The notes: a model not told the origin generated them from the letters alone. Positions 21,995-33,946 are shown, counted from the stretch's first letter. The stretch is 64,000 nt of DNA from an uncultured Chloroflexia bacterium (GCA_963849635.1 CAWKIA010000025.1:196194-260193); one strand, 5' to 3'. Program-made: numbers and translations.

Positions 21995-23648
21995 ATGACC
22001 GCAACCGAGATCGATCGTCCCGCCGTCTTGAACGCGGCAGATCACTCGACCACGACCGCCGCCGAACTGGCGATTGCCACCCTCGAAGCACACGGCGTGG
22101 AAACGGTCTTCGGGGTCCCGGGCGTGCACACGCTGGCGTTCTACGACGCTCTTCATCATTCCGCGATTACCCATGTCCTGGCCCGGCATGAACAGGGGGC
22201 GGGCTTCATGGCGGATGGCTATGCCCGTGCCAGCGGGCGGCCAGGCGTCGCAGTGATCATCACTGGGCCGGGGATCACGAACGTCGCCACTCCAGTCGGC
22301 GAGGCCTATTCGGATTCGTCTCCCGTCTTCATCCTCTCCTCGAACGTCGAGCGGGCGTACGTCGACGACATGCGCGGCAGCCTCCACGACCTCAAAGACC
22401 AGCTCGGGGTGATGGCGGCCGTTACACAATGGAACACGCGAGTGACGGATCCGAATCGGATCTCGGCCGCGATCGCGGAGGCAATGCATCGCCTCGGCAC
22501 CGGCCGGCCGCTGCCGGTCCACGTCGAGGTCCCAATGGATGTCCTAGATGAGCCGGTTGCGGCAACGGAGCCAACGGTCGGGCGGCGGCCGGCGGCGCTA
22601 CGGCCCGACCCCGACAAGCTACGCGAGGCGGCCAATCGTCTTGCTTTGGCGAAGCGGCCGGTCATCTATTGTGGCGGCGGGGCCGTGACATCGTCGGCGA
22701 CCGAGGACATCCTCGAGATGGCCGAGCGGCTGGGCGCCCCGGTCGTGACAAGCATCATGGGCAAGGGCAGCGTCCCGGAAGACCATCCCAACGTGCTCGG
22801 CTGCCTGTGGGGTCCCGGCAACACGGTCGACGCGATGATGAAGGAGGCCGATTGCCTGCTGGTGATCGGCTCGAAGCTCGGCGTCCAGGCAACTTCGACG
22901 TTCCGGTTGCCAATTCCGGACGAGTTGATCCGGATCGATGTTGACGCCCGCGAGCTGACCTTGAACGCCAAGCCGACACTGCCGATTCTCGGTGATGCTC
23001 GATTGGCCGCCGAAGGGATCGCCTCGTTACTGGCTGGCAATGAGGTCCGCAACCCGGGCTTTGGCGTGGAGCGCATCGGTGAGGTCCGGGAGGCCACCCG
23101 GCGGGAGTCATGGGGGGCAGACCGTCTGCCGTATGTCGAGGCCCTGCGCGCCGCCGTTCCTCGGGATGGTGTCGTGACCTTCGACATGACGATGATGAGC
23201 TACGTGTCTTGCGGCCTCTTCCCGGTGTACGAGCCGCGCACCTTCATGTTTCCGTCAGGCTACGGCACGCTAGGGTTCGCGGTGCCGGCGGCGTTGGGGG
23301 CCAAGATCGCCCGGCCGGACGCGCCGGTGGTGGCGGTCTGCGGTGACGGCGGCTTCCAATACACGATGGAGGAGGTCGGCACCGCGGTCCAGCACCGGAT
23401 CGGCGTCCCGATCGTGATCTTCAACGACTCCACCTACTCGGCAGTGAAGGACGAGCAGGGCCGCTCTCGCGGGGGCCGGTACATCGGAGTCGATCTGGTG
23501 AACCCGGATTACGTCAAGCTCGCCGCCGCGTATGGCATCGAAGGAGTCCGTGCTGAGTCGCCTGAGGCAGATGACGGCGGCGATCGTCGCGGCGTTCGAC
23601 CGCGACCTGCCGACGATCATCGACGTGCCGATTGAGCCGTGGGTGTAG
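21995..23648 (+). CDS. Thiamine-pyrophosphate-dependent enzyme (ALS/POX family), with a frameshift in the last 30 codons
   Basis: GVPGVHTLAFYDALHHS...HEQGAGFMADGYARASGRPGVAVIITGPGITN and the C-terminal GDGGFQYTMEEV TPP motif. The true C-terminus PEQMTAAIVAAFDRDLPTIIDVPIEPWV* is in the +1 frame after an extra G at about 23563 (a GG run). Confidence 0.85.
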
Positions 23649-23681
23649 AGCACTCGGCAGGGTTAACGGCTCTTTACCGAG

Positions 23682-25109
23682 TTAGCCGATCTCTCCGGCA
23701 CTGTCGCGGGGGTTGATGTTTTGGTTCAAGCGGAACAGGTTAGTCGGATCATATTTCTGCTTCAGCGCGGCGAGCCGTCCGTAGTTCTGGCCCAGCGCCG
23801 ATCGCACGAAGTGGGGATCCTCCCCGAGTCCGGGAAGTTCATGTTCGACTTGCCGGTGCCGAAGCGCTCCATGGCGGCGAAGAAGTCGCGCGCCCAGGCG
23901 ACATTCCGCTCACTCTCCTCGGGTGTCGCCCAGTTGGCCAGGATCTCGAGGAGGAAGGGGGCATTGCGGTCGCCGGCCGCGGTCGCGTCCGGAGCGACCC
24001 GACCGAGCGCCCCGCCGAGCGCCCAGGAGCCTACCATCGACAGCTGCGAGGGCCGGCGCTCCACCCAGGACCCGATTTCCTCCACAACCTCGTCGCCGAA
24101 GCCGGCAAGGTAGAGCGATTTCCAGTAGTAACGCAGTTCGCCCTTTGGAAAGAAGGGATCAAAGATCTGCTGGAGCGCCGTGTACGGTAACGTCGTGGAT
24201 AGATCCAGGAGCGGCGTGCCCAGTTGGCGTAGCGGTCTGAGATGGGTCTCTCCCTCATCCGGGGGACCGGCGTAGACCGCGCCAAGGATGAGCCCGGTGC
24301 GGCCGTGTAACTCCTCCGGAAATCCGGGGACCGCCGGGATCGTCCACCACGTTGGCGCGACGTTGATCTCGTCCGGGGCCCTACCGATGTATTCGCGAAA
24401 TCCGGCAATAATCGGTCCTGTCTCCTCCAGTGGGTAGAACGGGCCGGCAAAGGAGACCAGCGGCCCAACCGGGTGGAGGCGGTACTCGAAGGACGTGACC
24501 ACGCCGAAGTTGCCGCCGCCGCCCCGCAGCGCCCAGAACAGGTCCGCGTTCTCTGACTCGCTGGCGACGAGGAGACGTCCGTCGGCGGTCACGACGTCCG
24601 CCGAGAGCAGGTTGTCGCAGGTCATGCCGTGGGTGCGCCGCAGCCAGCCCTGGCCGCCGCCCAGCGTGAGGCCGGCGATGCCAGTCGTGGAGACAATGCC
24701 GCCGGGTGCAGCTAATCCAAAGAGTTGGGTTTCCCTGTCGAGGTCACCCCAGGTGGCACCGCCTTCGGCGCGGGCAGTGCGGCGCACGGGATCGACGCGG
24801 ACGCCGCGCATCGCCGACGAGATCGATGACCAGGCCGCCGTCGCAGGTTCCGAACCCTGCGACATTATGGCCGCCGCCGCGAACCGCCAGGAGCAGGTCG
24901 TGTTCGGCGGCGAAGCGGACGCTGGCAACCACGTCTGCCACGCCGCTACACCGGGCGATCAGAGCCGGCCTCCGCTCGATCATTCCGTTCCAGACCCGCC
25001 GGGCTTCGTCGTAGGCAGGATCACCGGGACGAATGAGACTGCCACGCAGCCTGCCAGCGAAGGTATCGATCGCAACAGGATCTAGGTTTGAGTTCGCTGT
25101 GGCGGTCAC
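23682..25109 (-). CDS. FAD-linked oxidase (berberine-bridge-enzyme-like, FAD_binding_4), two frameshifts (about 24815 and about 23810)
   Basis: N-terminus RPGDPAYDEARRVWNGMIERRPALIARC...VRGGGHNVAGFGTCDGGLVIDL in ORF 24744..25235. Middle GATWGDLDRETQLFGLAAPGG...LFWALRGGGGNFGVVTSFEY in ORF 23762..24928. True C-terminus DPHFVRSALGQNYGRLAALKQKYDPTNLFRLNQNI in a third frame, with a GGGG/GGGGG homopolymer at the junction. GTG start at 25109 is preceded by GGAGG. Confidence 0.8.
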
Positions 25110-25327
25110 TGGAAACCTCCAATGCTCTGCGGTCAGAGTAGAATCCTGTGATCCTACGACGATGTTCGCCAGCCGAAAGGGGGCTGGCGCCGGATGGGAT
25201 GGAACGATCATGGCGGTACGACCCCGTCGGCGCATCGAACCGCGGGTTGTAATTCGGCAAGGGCCGAGCGGCGTCGATCTACAACCGGGGTTGTAGGGGG
25301 CAGACCCGGGAAATCGGGAGGAGGGCG

Positions 25328-28300
25328 TCAGGCGAGGCCGTGAGTGCGGGCGTAGGCAGTCGCGGCGACGCGGGAAGGGACGCCGAGTTTGCCGAAGATG
25401 GTGGAGAGGTGGCGCTTCACCGTGGGGACGCTGATAAAGAGGGCGTCGGCGATGTCACGGTTGGTGTGGCCGGCCGCGACGAGCCGCAGCACCTCCAGCT
25501 CGCGCGGCGTCAGACCAGCAGGGTGCCGCGGTGAGGATCGCTCCACGAGTGCGTCGACGCGTGCGAGCGTCGGCGTCGCACCGAGCGGGTCGCAGAGACC
25601 GCGAACCTCGTCCAGGAGAGGGGACACCTCGTCGGCCACACCAGATGCCAGGCGCAGGTGCGCGAGGGCCATGAGCGTGAGCGCCCGTTCGAAGGGAGCG
25701 TCGCAGGTGATGGCAAGGTCAAGGGCGGTCATGAGGTGCTCCTCGGCCGCCACGCGGTTCTTCGATGCTGTCTCCACTTCCCCGAGGAGACGGTGGGCGG
25801 CCAGGAGCGCCAGGGGTTGGCCTGGCGTACTGGCGAGCGCGAGGGCGTCGACGGCGGCAGCGCGGGCGCGGGTCACATCCTCGACCGTCCAGTGGTAGCG
25901 CGCCCAGGCGACCTGACCGTCTGCCCGGCCGAGCACGCTTCCGCTCCAGGCCAGCCACCGATCGTGCGCCTCCAGCCAGGCGCGGGCCGCCGGCAGATCA
26001 TTCCCGTCGAGACACAGGTCGGCCGCGAGCCGCTGGAGGAAAAGCCCCTCCTGGTGAATGATGTCGCCGGGCTCGGTCCTCGGCCCGTTGGGGAGCAGGC
26101 CGCAGATCTCCTCCCAGGCACGCCCCGGGTCGCCGCGATGTCGGGCGAGGAGTGCGCGTGCGGCGGTGACCTCCCGCCGAAGAAAAGCGTTGCCGGGGTC
26201 AGGGATGTCATCCAGGATGCGGGTCGCATCTTCCCACCGGCCATCGAGGATCAAGCAGCCGAGCCAGGCCAGGCGCGGTGAAACTCCTGGCCGCAGGGCG
26301 CCCCCGGTCCGGTCCAGGGCGACCTCCGCCTCGGCCGCCAACTGCCGCCGCAATACCGGTTGAGTCGCGTCGTAGGTAAGGACAACGTCTGACAGCTCGT
26401 TGAGGCGCGCAAAAGCGACCAGGGCGTGGTGGTCGAGGTGCGCGAAGATCGACGCCGCCCGGCCGAGCGACTCGCGGGCTTCCGCCGGTCGGCCCATGGC
26501 GGCTTGCGCGATGCCGAGGTCATTGGAAGCGAACCCGACGGCGGCTCCGCCGCCGCTCAAGTCGGGTGCGCCGGTGAGCCGGGAGAAGCGCATCTCGCTG
26601 CCAAGCATCGCCTCGCTCAGGTGGCCGGCGGAGGCGAGTAACCGACCGAGGCCGAGGGGAGCGGTAGGCCAGGTGCTGATGCCCTCAATATCGAGCCCGG
26701 TGACGGTCGGTGGGCTCGAATCAGACGACTTAGGGACGGCGTCTGGGAGCGCGCCAGCGAACCAGGTCCGTATGGTGGATGAGACGACCGCCGCATCGTG
26801 CGACATCATTTCGAGCGCGTCGATCCCGGCGCGCATCTCGGTCAATCCCTCGCGGAAGCGGTCCAGATAGCAGAGCAAGAGGCCACGCAACCAACGAACT
26901 TCGGCGGTGACGACCGGATCGCCAAGCTGCGTGGCGATTCGGCCGGCCTCCTGGAGGGCCTCGATGCCGCCGGCCGGGTCCGAGAACCGGGTGAGATAGC
27001 CGATACGGCAAGCAAGCCGGCACCGAGTGGCTTTTTCCCCCTCGACGCCTTCGAGGAGCGCGACTGCAGCTCGCAGCCGCTCGGCAGCGGTGATCCAGGC
27101 GTAGGAGCGTTGGGAACGGTCGCCTGCCTCAACCAGCCACTCCCAGGCGCGCGAATCGCCGGCCGCCTGGAGGTGGGAGGCGACCGAGTCGGGATCGGGG
27201 CGTCCAGCCGAGATGAGTGCATCGGCAACGAGTCGGTGCAAGTTTCTCCGCCGAGGCGAGAGAATGCTTTCGTAAAGAGCCTCGCGGGTCAGGGCGTGGA
27301 CGAAACGGACGCGAGCGCCGTCGCGATTCGCCTCCAGCAGATATCCCTCCACCGACCGTTCGACAATATCGAGCAGCACGTCATCATTGAGACCAGTCAC
27401 CGATGCCCAGAGTCCGAGCGGAACTTCCTGCCCGATCACAGCTGCGGCTGCCAACGCTTGCCGCGTCTTCTCACCGAGGCGCGCAATGCGACTCTCGATC
27501 ACCTGCCGCAGGAACAATGGCACGACCACCCGGTCGAGCTCATCGAGCGTCCAGGCGTCGTCGCTCAGCGAGAGTACCGCTTCCTCGGCCAGGGCGCGCA
27601 AGAGTTCGGTGGCGAACAGCGGGTTGCCCTCAGCATGCCGGTCGAGATAGGCGACGAGCCGATTTTCATCCGCTCGGCCGAGACGGTAACGCGAAGCAAT
27701 GAGGGCGCGGAGTGCATCCGTGTCGAGTCGCCGCAGCTCGAATCGGAGCCCGTCTGCCTCGCGCACGAGCGCCGGGAGCTGCGCGGCGAAGGGATGGAGC
27801 CTCGTCAGTTCTTCACCGCGGTATGTGACAATCAACAACACTGGCCAGTGTCTTAGACGGGGAGCGATGTGCCGAAGGAGCTCAAGGCTGGCAGGGTCGG
27901 CCCATTGGAGATCTTCAAGGAGGAGGAGAATCGGGCCAACCGTGGAGAGCGCGGAGAAGAACCGGCGAACGTCGGCGAAGAGCGCGGCTTGGTTTGTGAC
28001 TGGCTCGAGCCGTCCACCGGCGAACGTAGCCGGGGCGGACGGCAGATCGCCGCTGTGCTCACTGGCGTCGAACAGTACGCGCCACGGGCCGTACGGCGGC
28101 GTGTTCGTCAGGTCGAAGCACGCACCCTCCAACACTCGAACGCCCCGTGCCACTGCCGCTGCGGCCAGATCGCGGGTGAGAGCCGTCTTGCCGATGCCCG
28201 CCTCACCACCGATAAGCACGAGCCGGCCTCGCCCGCCAAGAATGGCGGCGAGCTCTTCGCGCAGGAGGACTTGCTCCAACGTCCGGCCGACGAGGACGGA

Positions 28301-28417
28301 CGCCGAGCGCCCGGAGTGAATGCCGATTCGACCGTCGGTGCGGCCCAAGTTCGCAGTGACGCTGTCCATAGATGCCCCAATGGAGCGGCTGGCTGTCCCA
28401 GGATTGTACAGATCCAT
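25328..28417 (-). CDS. LAL/LuxR-family large ATP-binding transcriptional regulator (AAA/NB-ARC ATPase + TPR-like region + LuxR HTH)
   Basis: N-terminal P-loop LVLIGGEAGIGKTALTRDLA. C-terminal LTPRELEVLRLVAAGHTNRDIADALFISVPTVKRHLSTIFGKLGV. 1029 aa. An alternative start lies at 28369. Confidence 0.85.
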   Translation of the reverse strand: MDLYNPGTASRSIGASMDSVTANLGRTDGRIGIHSGRSASVLVGRTLEQVLLREELAAILGGRGRLVLIGGEAGIGKTALTRDLAAAAVARGVRVLEGACFDLTNTPPYGPWRVLFDASEHSGDLPSAPATFAGGRLEPVTNQAALFADVRRFFSALSTVGPILLLLEDLQWADPASLELLRHIAPRLRHWPVLLIVTYRGEELTRLHPFAAQLPALVREADGLRFELRRLDTDALRALIASRYRLGRADENRLVAYLDRHAEGNPLFATELLRALAEEAVLSLSDDAWTLDELDRVVVPLFLRQVIESRIARLGEKTRQALAAAAVIGQEVPLGLWASVTGLNDDVLLDIVERSVEGYLLEANRDGARVRFVHALTREALYESILSPRRRNLHRLVADALISAGRPDPDSVASHLQAAGDSRAWEWLVEAGDRSQRSYAWITAAERLRAAVALLEGVEGEKATRCRLACRIGYLTRFSDPAGGIEALQEAGRIATQLGDPVVTAEVRWLRGLLLCYLDRFREGLTEMRAGIDALEMMSHDAAVVSSTIRTWFAGALPDAVPKSSDSSPPTVTGLDIEGISTWPTAPLGLGRLLASAGHLSEAMLGSEMRFSRLTGAPDLSGGGAAVGFASNDLGIAQAAMGRPAEARESLGRAASIFAHLDHHALVAFARLNELSDVVLTYDATQPVLRRQLAAEAEVALDRTGGALRPGVSPRLAWLGCLILDGRWEDATRILDDIPDPGNAFLRREVTAARALLARHRGDPGRAWEEICGLLPNGPRTEPGDIIHQEGLFLQRLAADLCLDGNDLPAARAWLEAHDRWLAWSGSVLGRADGQVAWARYHWTVEDVTRARAAAVDALALASTPGQPLALLAAHRLLGEVETASKNRVAAEEHLMTALDLAITCDAPFERALTLMALAHLRLASGVADEVSPLLDEVRGLCDPLGATPTLARVDALVERSSPRHPAGLTPRELEVLRLVAAGHTNRDIADALFISVPTVKRHLSTIFGKLGVPSRVAATAYARTHGLA

Positions 28418-28608
28418 CTCACCGATCGCATCGATCCCGTCTCAAACTCGTTTTGGATCCTTCCTCACAGCATCCATTTTTCATTACAAAAGGCGAGGCG
28501 CCAGAAGCACTATGCTAGACTCAGCCCTTGAAAAGACGCTGTATTTGGTGCTTTTTCGTCGTTGCCCGAGCCCGAGCGCATGCTCCCACGAAGTTCGAGG
28601 AATCTAAT

Positions 28609-28926
28609 ATGTCCCAGCCAACGCTCTCAATCGCTGACGTGGAGCATGTCGCCGCACTTGCCCGGCTTGGGTTGTCCGAGTCCGAGAAGGAGCGCCTCTC
28701 CGAGCAACTCTCCTCGATCCTAGAGCATATCTCGGTGCTCAACCGGCTCGACGTGTCGCGCATTCCGCCGACCGCCCAGGTGATCGAAGTCGCCAACGTC
28801 CTCCGGGACGACGATATCCGTCCTTCCTTGCCGCGCGAAGCGATTCTCGCCAACGCCCCACGCTCGGTTGATGGCTTTTTCGCCGTGCAGGCGGTGCTGG
28901 GCGGGTCCGAGGAGGAGCCGGAATGA
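28609..28926 (+). CDS. gatC: Glu-tRNA(Gln)/Asp-tRNA(Asn) amidotransferase subunit C
   Basis: [58 protein letters not shown]. Confidence 0.85.
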   Translation: MSQPTLSIADVEHVAALARLGLSESEKERLSEQLSSILEHISVLNRLDVSRIPPTAQVIEVANVLRDDDIRPSLPREAILANAPRSVDGFFAVQAVLGGSEEEPE

Positions 28927-30419
28927 GCGACACCGACACGCTCGTCTGGCTGACCGCCGCTGAGATGCGGCGCAAACTGGACGCCCGGGAGTTCTCCGCG
29001 GTCGAGCTGACCGAAGCGCATCTCGACCGCATTGCCAAGCTCGATCCCGATCTGAATTGCTTCATCTCCGTCATGGACGATGTCGCTCGGGCGCAAGCGG
29101 CCGAAGCGGACAAGCGGATCGCCCGCCACGATGTCGCTCCACTGACCGGCATTCCTATCGCCCTCAAGGATGTGCTCTGCACCGTCGATGCACCAACGAC
29201 CGCCGGATCGAAGATCCTGGAGGGATACCGGTCTCCGTACGACGCGACGGTCGTGGCGCGGTTACGAGCCCAGGGTGCGGTCTTCGTCGGCAAGTCGAAT
29301 ACCGACGAGTTCGCGATGGGCTCCTCGACCGAGAATTCGGCGTACTTCACCACCAAGAACCCGTGGGACCTGTCCCGCGTGCCTGGTGGCAGCTCGGGCG
29401 GTTCGGCGGCGGCGGTGGGTGGCGGGCTGGCCGCGCTGGGCCTGGGGTCTGACACCGGTGGTTCGATCCGGCAGCCCGCCGGGTTCTGCGGCACGGTCGG
29501 CCTCAAGCCGACGTATGGCCGGGTGTCGCGTTTCGGCTTGATTGCGTTCGCGAGCAGCCTCGATCAGATCGGTCCGTTTACCCGGTCTGTCGAAGACGCC
29601 GCGATCCTGCTGGGCGCCATCGCGGGCAAGGACCCGAACGACGCGACCTCCGGCTCTATTCCCGTGCCGGACTTCGTTGGTCGCCTTGGCACTGGTGAGC
29701 CGGATCTGTCCGGGGTCCGAATTGGGGTGCCGCGCGAGTACAGCGTTGCGGGCATGGAACCGGGCGTCACCGCCGCCTGTGGCGAGGCGATCAAGCAACT
29801 CGAAGCACTCGGCGCCGAGTTGATCGAGGTAAGCCTTCCCCACACCGAATACGCCCTGGCGACCTACTACATCACCGCCCCGGCGGAGGCGAGCGCGAAT
29901 CTGTCTCGCTTCGATGGTGTGAAGTACGGGCTCTCCGTACCGGGCGAGACGCTTCGGGAGACCTACGAGCGCACCCGTGGCCAGGGTTTTGGGCCCGAGG
30001 TCAAGCGCCGCATCATGCTCGGCACGTACGCCCTCAGTTCGGGCTACTACGACGCCTACTACGTGCGAGCCCAGAAGGTGCGGACCCTGATCAAGCGGGA
30101 CTTCGACGAGGCGTTCGAGCAGGTCGACGCGATCGTCGCGCCGACCTCACCGACGGTGGCGTTCCCGATCGGGGCCCGGACCGACGATCCGTACCAGATG
30201 TACCTGGCCGATGTCTTCACGATACCGGCTAACATGGCGGGGATCCCCGGACTGGCCTTGCGTTGCGGCTTGAGCAACGGGCTGCCAGTGAGCTTGCAGC
30301 TTCTGGGCAAGGCCTGGGATGAGGCGACCATCCTCAAGATCGGGCATGCCTACGAGCGGGCGACGGAATGGATCAACGCCCGGCCAGCGTTGTCCGCACG
30401 TGCGGCCTCCGCAGCCTGA
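28923..30419 (+). CDS. gatA: Glu-tRNA(Gln)/Asp-tRNA(Asn) amidotransferase subunit A (amidase)
   Basis: Amidase signature [14 protein letters not shown]. Start overlaps the gatC stop (ATGA). Confidence 0.9.
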   Translation: MSDTDTLVWLTAAEMRRKLDAREFSAVELTEAHLDRIAKLDPDLNCFISVMDDVARAQAAEADKRIARHDVAPLTGIPIALKDVLCTVDAPTTAGSKILEGYRSPYDATVVARLRAQGAVFVGKSNTDEFAMGSSTENSAYFTTKNPWDLSRVPGGSSGGSAAAVGGGLAALGLGSDTGGSIRQPAGFCGTVGLKPTYGRVSRFGLIAFASSLDQIGPFTRSVEDAAILLGAIAGKDPNDATSGSIPVPDFVGRLGTGEPDLSGVRIGVPREYSVAGMEPGVTAACGEAIKQLEALGAELIEVSLPHTEYALATYYITAPAEASANLSRFDGVKYGLSVPGETLRETYERTRGQGFGPEVKRRIMLGTYALSSGYYDAYYVRAQKVRTLIKRDFDEAFEQVDAIVAPTSPTVAFPIGARTDDPYQMYLADVFTIPANMAGIPGLALRCGLSNGLPVSLQLLGKAWDEATILKIGHAYERATEWINARPALSARAASAA

Positions 30420-30614
30420 TTTTTACGCATTTCTACCGACTATTTACCCTCTAGAACCGAGTGCTAGGATAGGTTGGACGCAACTCGCGGGCCGGAAGTG
30501 ATTTCGGCCCACCGGCGCGAGTTCAACCCGCGCGCCGCGCGGCGTCCCAGCCGGGAACATTTTCCGGCTGGATGTCGTCTTCTATTCAGTATTCGGATTT
30601 CTAGGAGGCCGGCA

Positions 30615-31211
30615 ATGCTGGCGGTCAACGATGCTCTCGACGCAATCTACCTCGGCGCCTTTTTCTTCGGCATCCTTTTCGTCCTGGCCACCATCGTGCT
30701 GGGCTCCGTCGACGTCGGCGGACACCACAACGGGGAATTCGGTCCGTTCAACCTGAGCACGATCCTCGGTTTCGTTGCCTGGTTTGGCGGAATCGGCTAC
30801 CTCGTCAAGAACGGGCTCGATGGTCCGGCCATCCTCAGCATCATCGCGGCGATCCTCGGTGGTCTGGCTGGAGCGGTGGTGGTCTACACACTGCTTGTCA
30901 GACTGATCGTGCCGTCGGATAAGCCGCTCGATCCCAGGGACTACGAGTTGCCAGGCACCATTGGGCGGGTCTCCTCCTCGATCCGCCAGGGTGGCGTCGG
31001 CGAGGTGTTATTCGAGCAGCAAGGAGTCCGCCAGGTCTCGGCCGCCAAGAGCGTCGACGGTGAAGCGATTCCACGTGGATTGGAAGTCGTAATCCTGCGG
31101 TCGGAGCACGGCATCGCCTACGTGCAGCTATGGGAATCACTGCTCGCTGAGCATGCCGAGTCCGCTCCCTCGCTCGCCAGCGGAGAAGGTGTTCCGGTGG
31201 CGCGGGTGTGA
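30615..31211 (+). CDS. NfeD-family membrane protein (partner of SPFH/flotillin)
   Basis: N-terminal TM helices, and a C-terminal OB-fold-like region GTIGRVSSSIRQGGVGEVLFEQQGVRQVSAAK. RBS AGGAGG. Lies upstream of the flotillin gene. Confidence 0.7.
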   Translation: MLAVNDALDAIYLGAFFFGILFVLATIVLGSVDVGGHHNGEFGPFNLSTILGFVAWFGGIGYLVKNGLDGPAILSIIAAILGGLAGAVVVYTLLVRLIVPSDKPLDPRDYELPGTIGRVSSSIRQGGVGEVLFEQQGVRQVSAAKSVDGEAIPRGLEVVILRSEHGIAYVQLWESLLAEHAESAPSLASGEGVPVARV

Positions 31212-31369
31212 GTTTCCACTTGTCCCCCAATCAGCACGATCTCCTGAAGCGTAAGGAAGGAAGGCGGAAGGATTGACTGGGACAGTGGTGCTGTGCTGAG
31301 GCACACGACGCTTAGATATGGGTTCAAGGGGCCAACGACGTAACCGGTGGCCAACGAAAGGAACGGAAA

Positions 31370-32957
31370 ATGGGCGGACTCATCGTCATCGTTATCGGAT
31401 TGGTCTTCGTCGTCTTAGCGATTCTGGCGATCTCGGCGACGCTTTTCCGCAAAGTGGGGCCGAACCAGGCGCTGATCGTCTACGGATTCGGCGGCACCAA
31501 GGTGATCAAGGGGAGTGGCAAGGTCGTCTGGCCGATGGTGCAGCAGTCGAGAGAGCTCTCCCTGGAGCTCATGAGTTTTGACGTAGCGCCTACCCAGGAT
31601 CTCTACACGAATCAGGGCGTGGCGGTGAACGTCGAAGCCGTGGCTCAGATCAAGGTCAAGTCCGATCCGGTGAGCATCCTGACCGCGGCCGAGCAGTTTC
31701 TGACGAAACCGACGGAGGAGCGTAAGGCGCTGATCCGCCTGGTGATGGAAGGCCATCTACGCGGCATCGTCGGTCAACTCACGGTCGAAGGGATCGTGAA
31801 GGAACCGGAGATGGTCGCGGACCGGATGCGCAGCAACGTTGCCGATGACATGAGCAAGATGGGCCTCGAGGTCATCTCGTTCACCATCAGGGAAGTCCGG
31901 GACGGCAACGATTACATCCTCAATATGGGCCGCCCGAACATTGCGTTGGTCCAGCGTGAGGCTGACATCGCCACTGCCGAGGCCGACCGCGACACGGCGA
32001 TCAAACGCGCCAATGCTAGCCGGGAGGCGCGCATCGCCGAGGCCGTCGCGCAGCAGGACGAGGTCATCGCCCGAATGGCGAGCGAGACCAAGCAAGCCGA
32101 GGCCACCCGCGACCTCAACTTGAAGCAAGCGGAATACGCCGCGTCCGTCCAAACCCAGAAGGCCGCGGCCGACAAAGCCTACGAGATCCAAACTAACATT
32201 CAGCAGCAGCGGGTGATCCAGGAGCAGGTCAAGATCGACGAGGTCCGGAAGCAGGGAGAGATCGCGGTCCAGGAGGCCGAGATCCTGCGGCGCGAGAAGG
32301 AACTAATCGCGACCGTTCTGCGCGCCGCTGAGGTCGAACGGCAGCGGATCGAAACTCTGGCCGAGGCCGACAAGCAGCAGCAGGTGCTCCATGCGACCGG
32401 TCAGGCCGAAGCGGTGAGGCTGGCCGGTCAGGCTCAAGCCGAGGTGATTCGGGTCCAGGGTCTGGCGGAGGCCGAGATCATCGATGCCAAGGGTCAGTCC
32501 GAAGCCCGCGCGATGACCACCAAGGCGGCAGCCTACCAGGAGTACAACCAGGCCGCGATCGTCGATCGAATGCTCGGCGAGCATGCCCGAGATCGTCAAG
32601 GCGCTGGCCGAGCCGCTGTCGCGGGTGGATAAGATCACGGTCGTCTCGACCGGCGATGGCAATGGCAACGGCGCGGGCACGGGGATCAACCGTGTTACCG
32701 GAGACATGACCCAGATGATCGCCCAGGTACCGGCGATCCTGGAGTCGCTGACCGGTCTCAACCTCGCCGACATGATGGGCGGCGTCGCCAAGGTTCGCGA
32801 AAATCGCGATGACAGCGCCTACCAGAACGGCAACAGCGGCGCGGCCGGTCACGCGGCGACAGCGGTCGTGGCCGCCCCGGCACCTCCGACTGCCAAACCC
32901 GCCAACAAACCGGCGGCCACCGAGGAGCCGACCCAGGCACCTGAGGTCGATCAGTAG
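31370..32957 (+). CDS. Flotillin-like SPFH/band-7 protein, with a frameshift near 32570-32585
   Basis: N-terminal TM, an SPFH domain, and a long Ala/Glu/Gln-rich coiled coil (EAEIIDAKGQSEAR ...). The C-terminus continues in ORF 32583..32957. Confidence 0.8.
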
Positions 32958-32985
32958 GTCTTCTTCAACACTGCATATGGACGTG

Positions 32986-33019
32986 GGGGCGCCTCATTCG
33001 AGGCGCCCCACACGTTTTC
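32986..33019 (+). terminator. Rho-independent terminator after the flotillin gene
   Basis: GGGGCGCCTC-ATTC-GAGGCGCCCC (10-bp stem) followed by ACACGTTTTC. Confidence 0.6.
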
Positions 33020-33165
33020 AGGATCGGCCGGACGGCCACGCTTGATGGTCTGGCGGCGAAGTCGAACGAGCGTGCTATCCTTGCGCGGATGGTGGCCTAA
33101 CCGCCCGTCGCCCCGTGCGCACCCCACCATTTTTCGGGGCGTTTTGGAATGTGGAAAGTGGTCGG

Positions 33166-33756
33166 ATGGCCGACGATGCGTTTGAAACCGGTTCCGGCCC
33201 GGCCCTCGAGGCGCAGCGGCTCCGAGTTGAAGCAATAGGGCAGCCCGGGCAACGCCGGTTTCGTCTCCTGGCCGTAGTCGATGGCGACACCCACATCGTG
33301 TGGATGGAGAAACAGCAGTTGCAGGCGCTTGGGTTGGCGCTGGAGCAGCTGTTGGAGCAATTGCCTGACGGTGGGCCCGATTTGGGCCCGGCGAATCTTC
33401 CCCTGGACTTTGACACCCAGACCGCCAGCCAGTTCCGCGCGGGTCGTATGGAACTGGGCTATGACGAGCGCCGCGACCGACTGGTCATCGCCGCCCACGA
33501 TATGCAGCGCGACGACGACGATGACGATGACGATACGATTGACTTGGAGCGGAGCCGACCTAACTTCGCCTGCCGCCTGACCCGCGCCCAGGCCCGGGAG
33601 ATCAGCGCGGATGCCGCCGCGGTCGTCTCCGCTGGCCGGCCGCGGTGCACGATGTGCGGCCAGCCGATGAGCCCTGAGGGTCACACCTGCCCACACATGA
33701 ACGGTCACCTGCCGCTCGTCCTCGACGATGCCGAGGTGGACGAGGACGCCGAATAA
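33166..33756 (+). CDS. DUF3090-like protein
   Basis: A poly-Asp stretch and a C-terminal CTMCGQPMSPEGHTCPHMNGH zinc-binding motif. Overall resembles the DUF3090 family (recalled from memory). Confidence 0.55.
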   Translation: MADDAFETGSGPALEAQRLRVEAIGQPGQRRFRLLAVVDGDTHIVWMEKQQLQALGLALEQLLEQLPDGGPDLGPANLPLDFDTQTASQFRAGRMELGYDERRDRLVIAAHDMQRDDDDDDDDTIDLERSRPNFACRLTRAQAREISADAAAVVSAGRPRCTMCGQPMSPEGHTCPHMNGHLPLVLDDAEVDEDAE

Positions 33757-33917
33757 GAGGCGCGCCAATCGTGAACTGGGCAGCCTCACCATCAATCATT
33801 TGATGGCGTACAGCCAAAGGTATTGCGGTTTGGATTGAAGCGGGTCTCATTCGCTTGCGGTTGTGCAGCCGAGCGTCGTCAGCTACGATCGTTAGCCCTT
33901 ACGAAAACGTCTCGTGG

Positions 33918-33946
33918 TTGACACGCCTATCCGAACCGTCTAGGAT
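33918..33946 (+). promoter_or_regulatory. ilv-leu operon promoter (TTGACA, 17-bp spacer, TAGGAT)
   Basis: TTGACA at 33918-33923, a 17-bp spacer, then TAGGAT at 33941-33946, about 50 nt upstream of the leader-peptide ORF. Confidence 0.6.

Noticed and set aside
30420-30614. Three consecutive short GC hairpins between gatA and nfeD
   Set aside because: No T-tract and no conservation evidence. May be a weak terminator or structured 5' UTR, but not distinctive enough for a call.
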